From: Octopus sinensis
Lineage: Eukaryota
DNA length: 64,000 nucleotides
Direction: 5' to 3'
Assembly (NCBI RefSeq): GCF_006345805.1
Contig: NC_043012.1
Coordinates: forward strand, 53,816,001 to 53,880,000
Of the stretch, positions 62,080 through 64,000 are shown one piece after another. The stretch's first letter is position 1. Every line of letters begins with the position of its first letter. A program made the translations under genes and the position numbers. A model generated the notes under the pieces. The model searched no databases. It was not told the origin of the DNA and saw only the letters and a program-made list of their open reading frames with translations.

Positions 62080-62359
62080 AAATAATATAATATGCATATA
62101 TGAGTATATACAATATAATATATATGTGTATATATAATATATATATGTGTATATATAATATATATATGTGTATATATAATACGTATATATATGTGTAATA
62201 TAATATATATATGCACATATATATAATACATATATATATATGTGTGTGTATATATAATACGTATATATGTGTAAATATAATATATATATGCACATATATA
62301 TAATACATATATATATATGTATATATATAATATATATATATGTGCGTGTCTATATGATA

Positions 62360-62391
<32 letters not shown>

Positions 62392-62445
62392 GTATATATA
62401 ATATATATATATGTGTGTGTGTACATATAATATGTGTGTGTATAC

Positions 62446-62477
<32 letters not shown>

Positions 62478-63145
62478 ATGTGTGTGTGTGTTGTGTACAT
62501 ATAATATATATGTGTGTGTATATATATAATATATGTGTATATGTAATATATATGTATATATAATATATATATATGTGTGTGTGTATATATATATGTGTAT
62601 ATATAAATATATATGTGTATATATATTTTATATGTGTGTATATATATTTATATATGTGTATATATGTATATATTATATATATAATATATATATGAATATA
62701 AATATATGTATATAATTAACATATATATGTATATATAAGATATGTATATATATTATACATATATAGTATATATAACATAGATTATATATATTATACATAT
62801 ATATGTATATATAATATATGTCTATATATTATACACATATATATATATATAACATATATGTCTATATATTATACATATATATGTATATATAACATATATG
62901 TCTATATATCATACATATATATGTATATAATATATGTACATATACTATATATGTTTATATTATATATATGTATATATTATATATATATATGCATATATAT
63001 GTCTATATATCATACATATATATGTATATAATATATGTACATATACTATATATGTTTATATTATATATATGTATATATTATATATATATATGCATATATA
63101 TATATATATGTATATATTCTATATATATATGCATATATACGTTTA
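62015..63145. repeat. Long (TA)-based compound microsatellite/minisatellite
   Basis: Directly visible, with several higher-order units. Confidence 0.95.
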
Positions 63146-63429
63146 AATATTTTTTGTGCAAGATTTTTTATGTGAAGTCGTGTGTTGAAACAGATATTGC
63201 AGAGAAATACAAAATGGCTGACGGTTAGTAAGGAGAGACACAAATAGGTGAGAAGAAAACAAAGACCACTGATGCGGTCACAGGAGTGTGACGAAAAGAA
63301 CTTGGCCGCCGAAATAAGATGAGATTAATGTAAAAAATAAATATCACTGAAGCAAAATAACACCAACTATATAGTGCGTGTTGTTTTATTGGCTAAACTG
63401 GCAATATGACCATTCCGAAATATAACAAT

Positions 63430-63517
63430 ATCATATATATATTATATATATATATATATATAGATATATGTGTATATATTCTATATATATATGCATATAT
63501 ATAGATATATATATGTA

Positions 63518-63563
<46 letters not shown>

Positions 63564-63660
63564 GTATATATTCTATATATATATGCATATATATATATAT
63601 ATATATATGTATATATCTATATATATATGTATATAATAATGTATATCTATATATATATGC

Positions 63661-63692
<32 letters not shown>

Positions 63693-63931
63693 TCTATATA
63701 TATATGCATATATATATAATATATATGTATATATCTATATATAATATGCATATATATATATATATATATATATGTATTATTCTATATATATATGCATATA
63801 TATATATATATATGTATGTATTCTATATATATATGCATATATATATATATAATATATATATGTATATATTCTATATATATATGCATATATATAATATATT
63901 ATATATGTGTCTATATTCTATATATATATGC

Positions 63932-63967
<36 letters not shown>

Positions 63968-64000
63968 GTATATATTCTATATATATATGCATTATATATA
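63430..64000. repeat. Minisatellite ATATTCT(AT)nGCAT(AT)n, running off the window end
   Basis: Directly visible. Confidence 0.95.

Overview
AT-rich (repeat-dominated) eukaryotic non-coding DNA, most likely from a coleoid cephalopod (Octopus-like). This assignment is an inference from the SINE families, the long compound (TA)/(TG)/(GATA) arrays and the LINE spectrum, not a database result. I found no convincing host protein-coding exon, rRNA, intact tRNA or CRISPR array. Every protein-like ORF traces to a decayed transposon: Tx1/L1, CR1 (two copies), RTE, R4/Dong-like RLE LINEs, Penelope, mariner and Tigger/pogo. The long Y/I/C/M/V ORFs are microsatellite artefacts. The window also holds dozens of tRNA-headed SINEs, hAT and mariner MITEs, and Helitron/Helentron-type non-autonomous elements. 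Most notable: (1) a tRNA-headed SINE at 7.37-7.62 kb carrying a Penelope-type minimal hammerhead ribozyme fold; (2) a fold-back Penelope insertion with three rearranged copies of its 3' end at 26.7-28.2 kb; (3) SINEs built by shuffling head, middle and tail modules; (4) a ~300-bp palindrome at 30.4-30.7 kb; (5) elements that sit inside microsatellite or minisatellite arrays. Family labels A-D are my own working names. Domain names (CORE, Meta, Deu) are from recall and need alignment to confirm. Coordinates of old repeats are approximate (about +/-20 bp).
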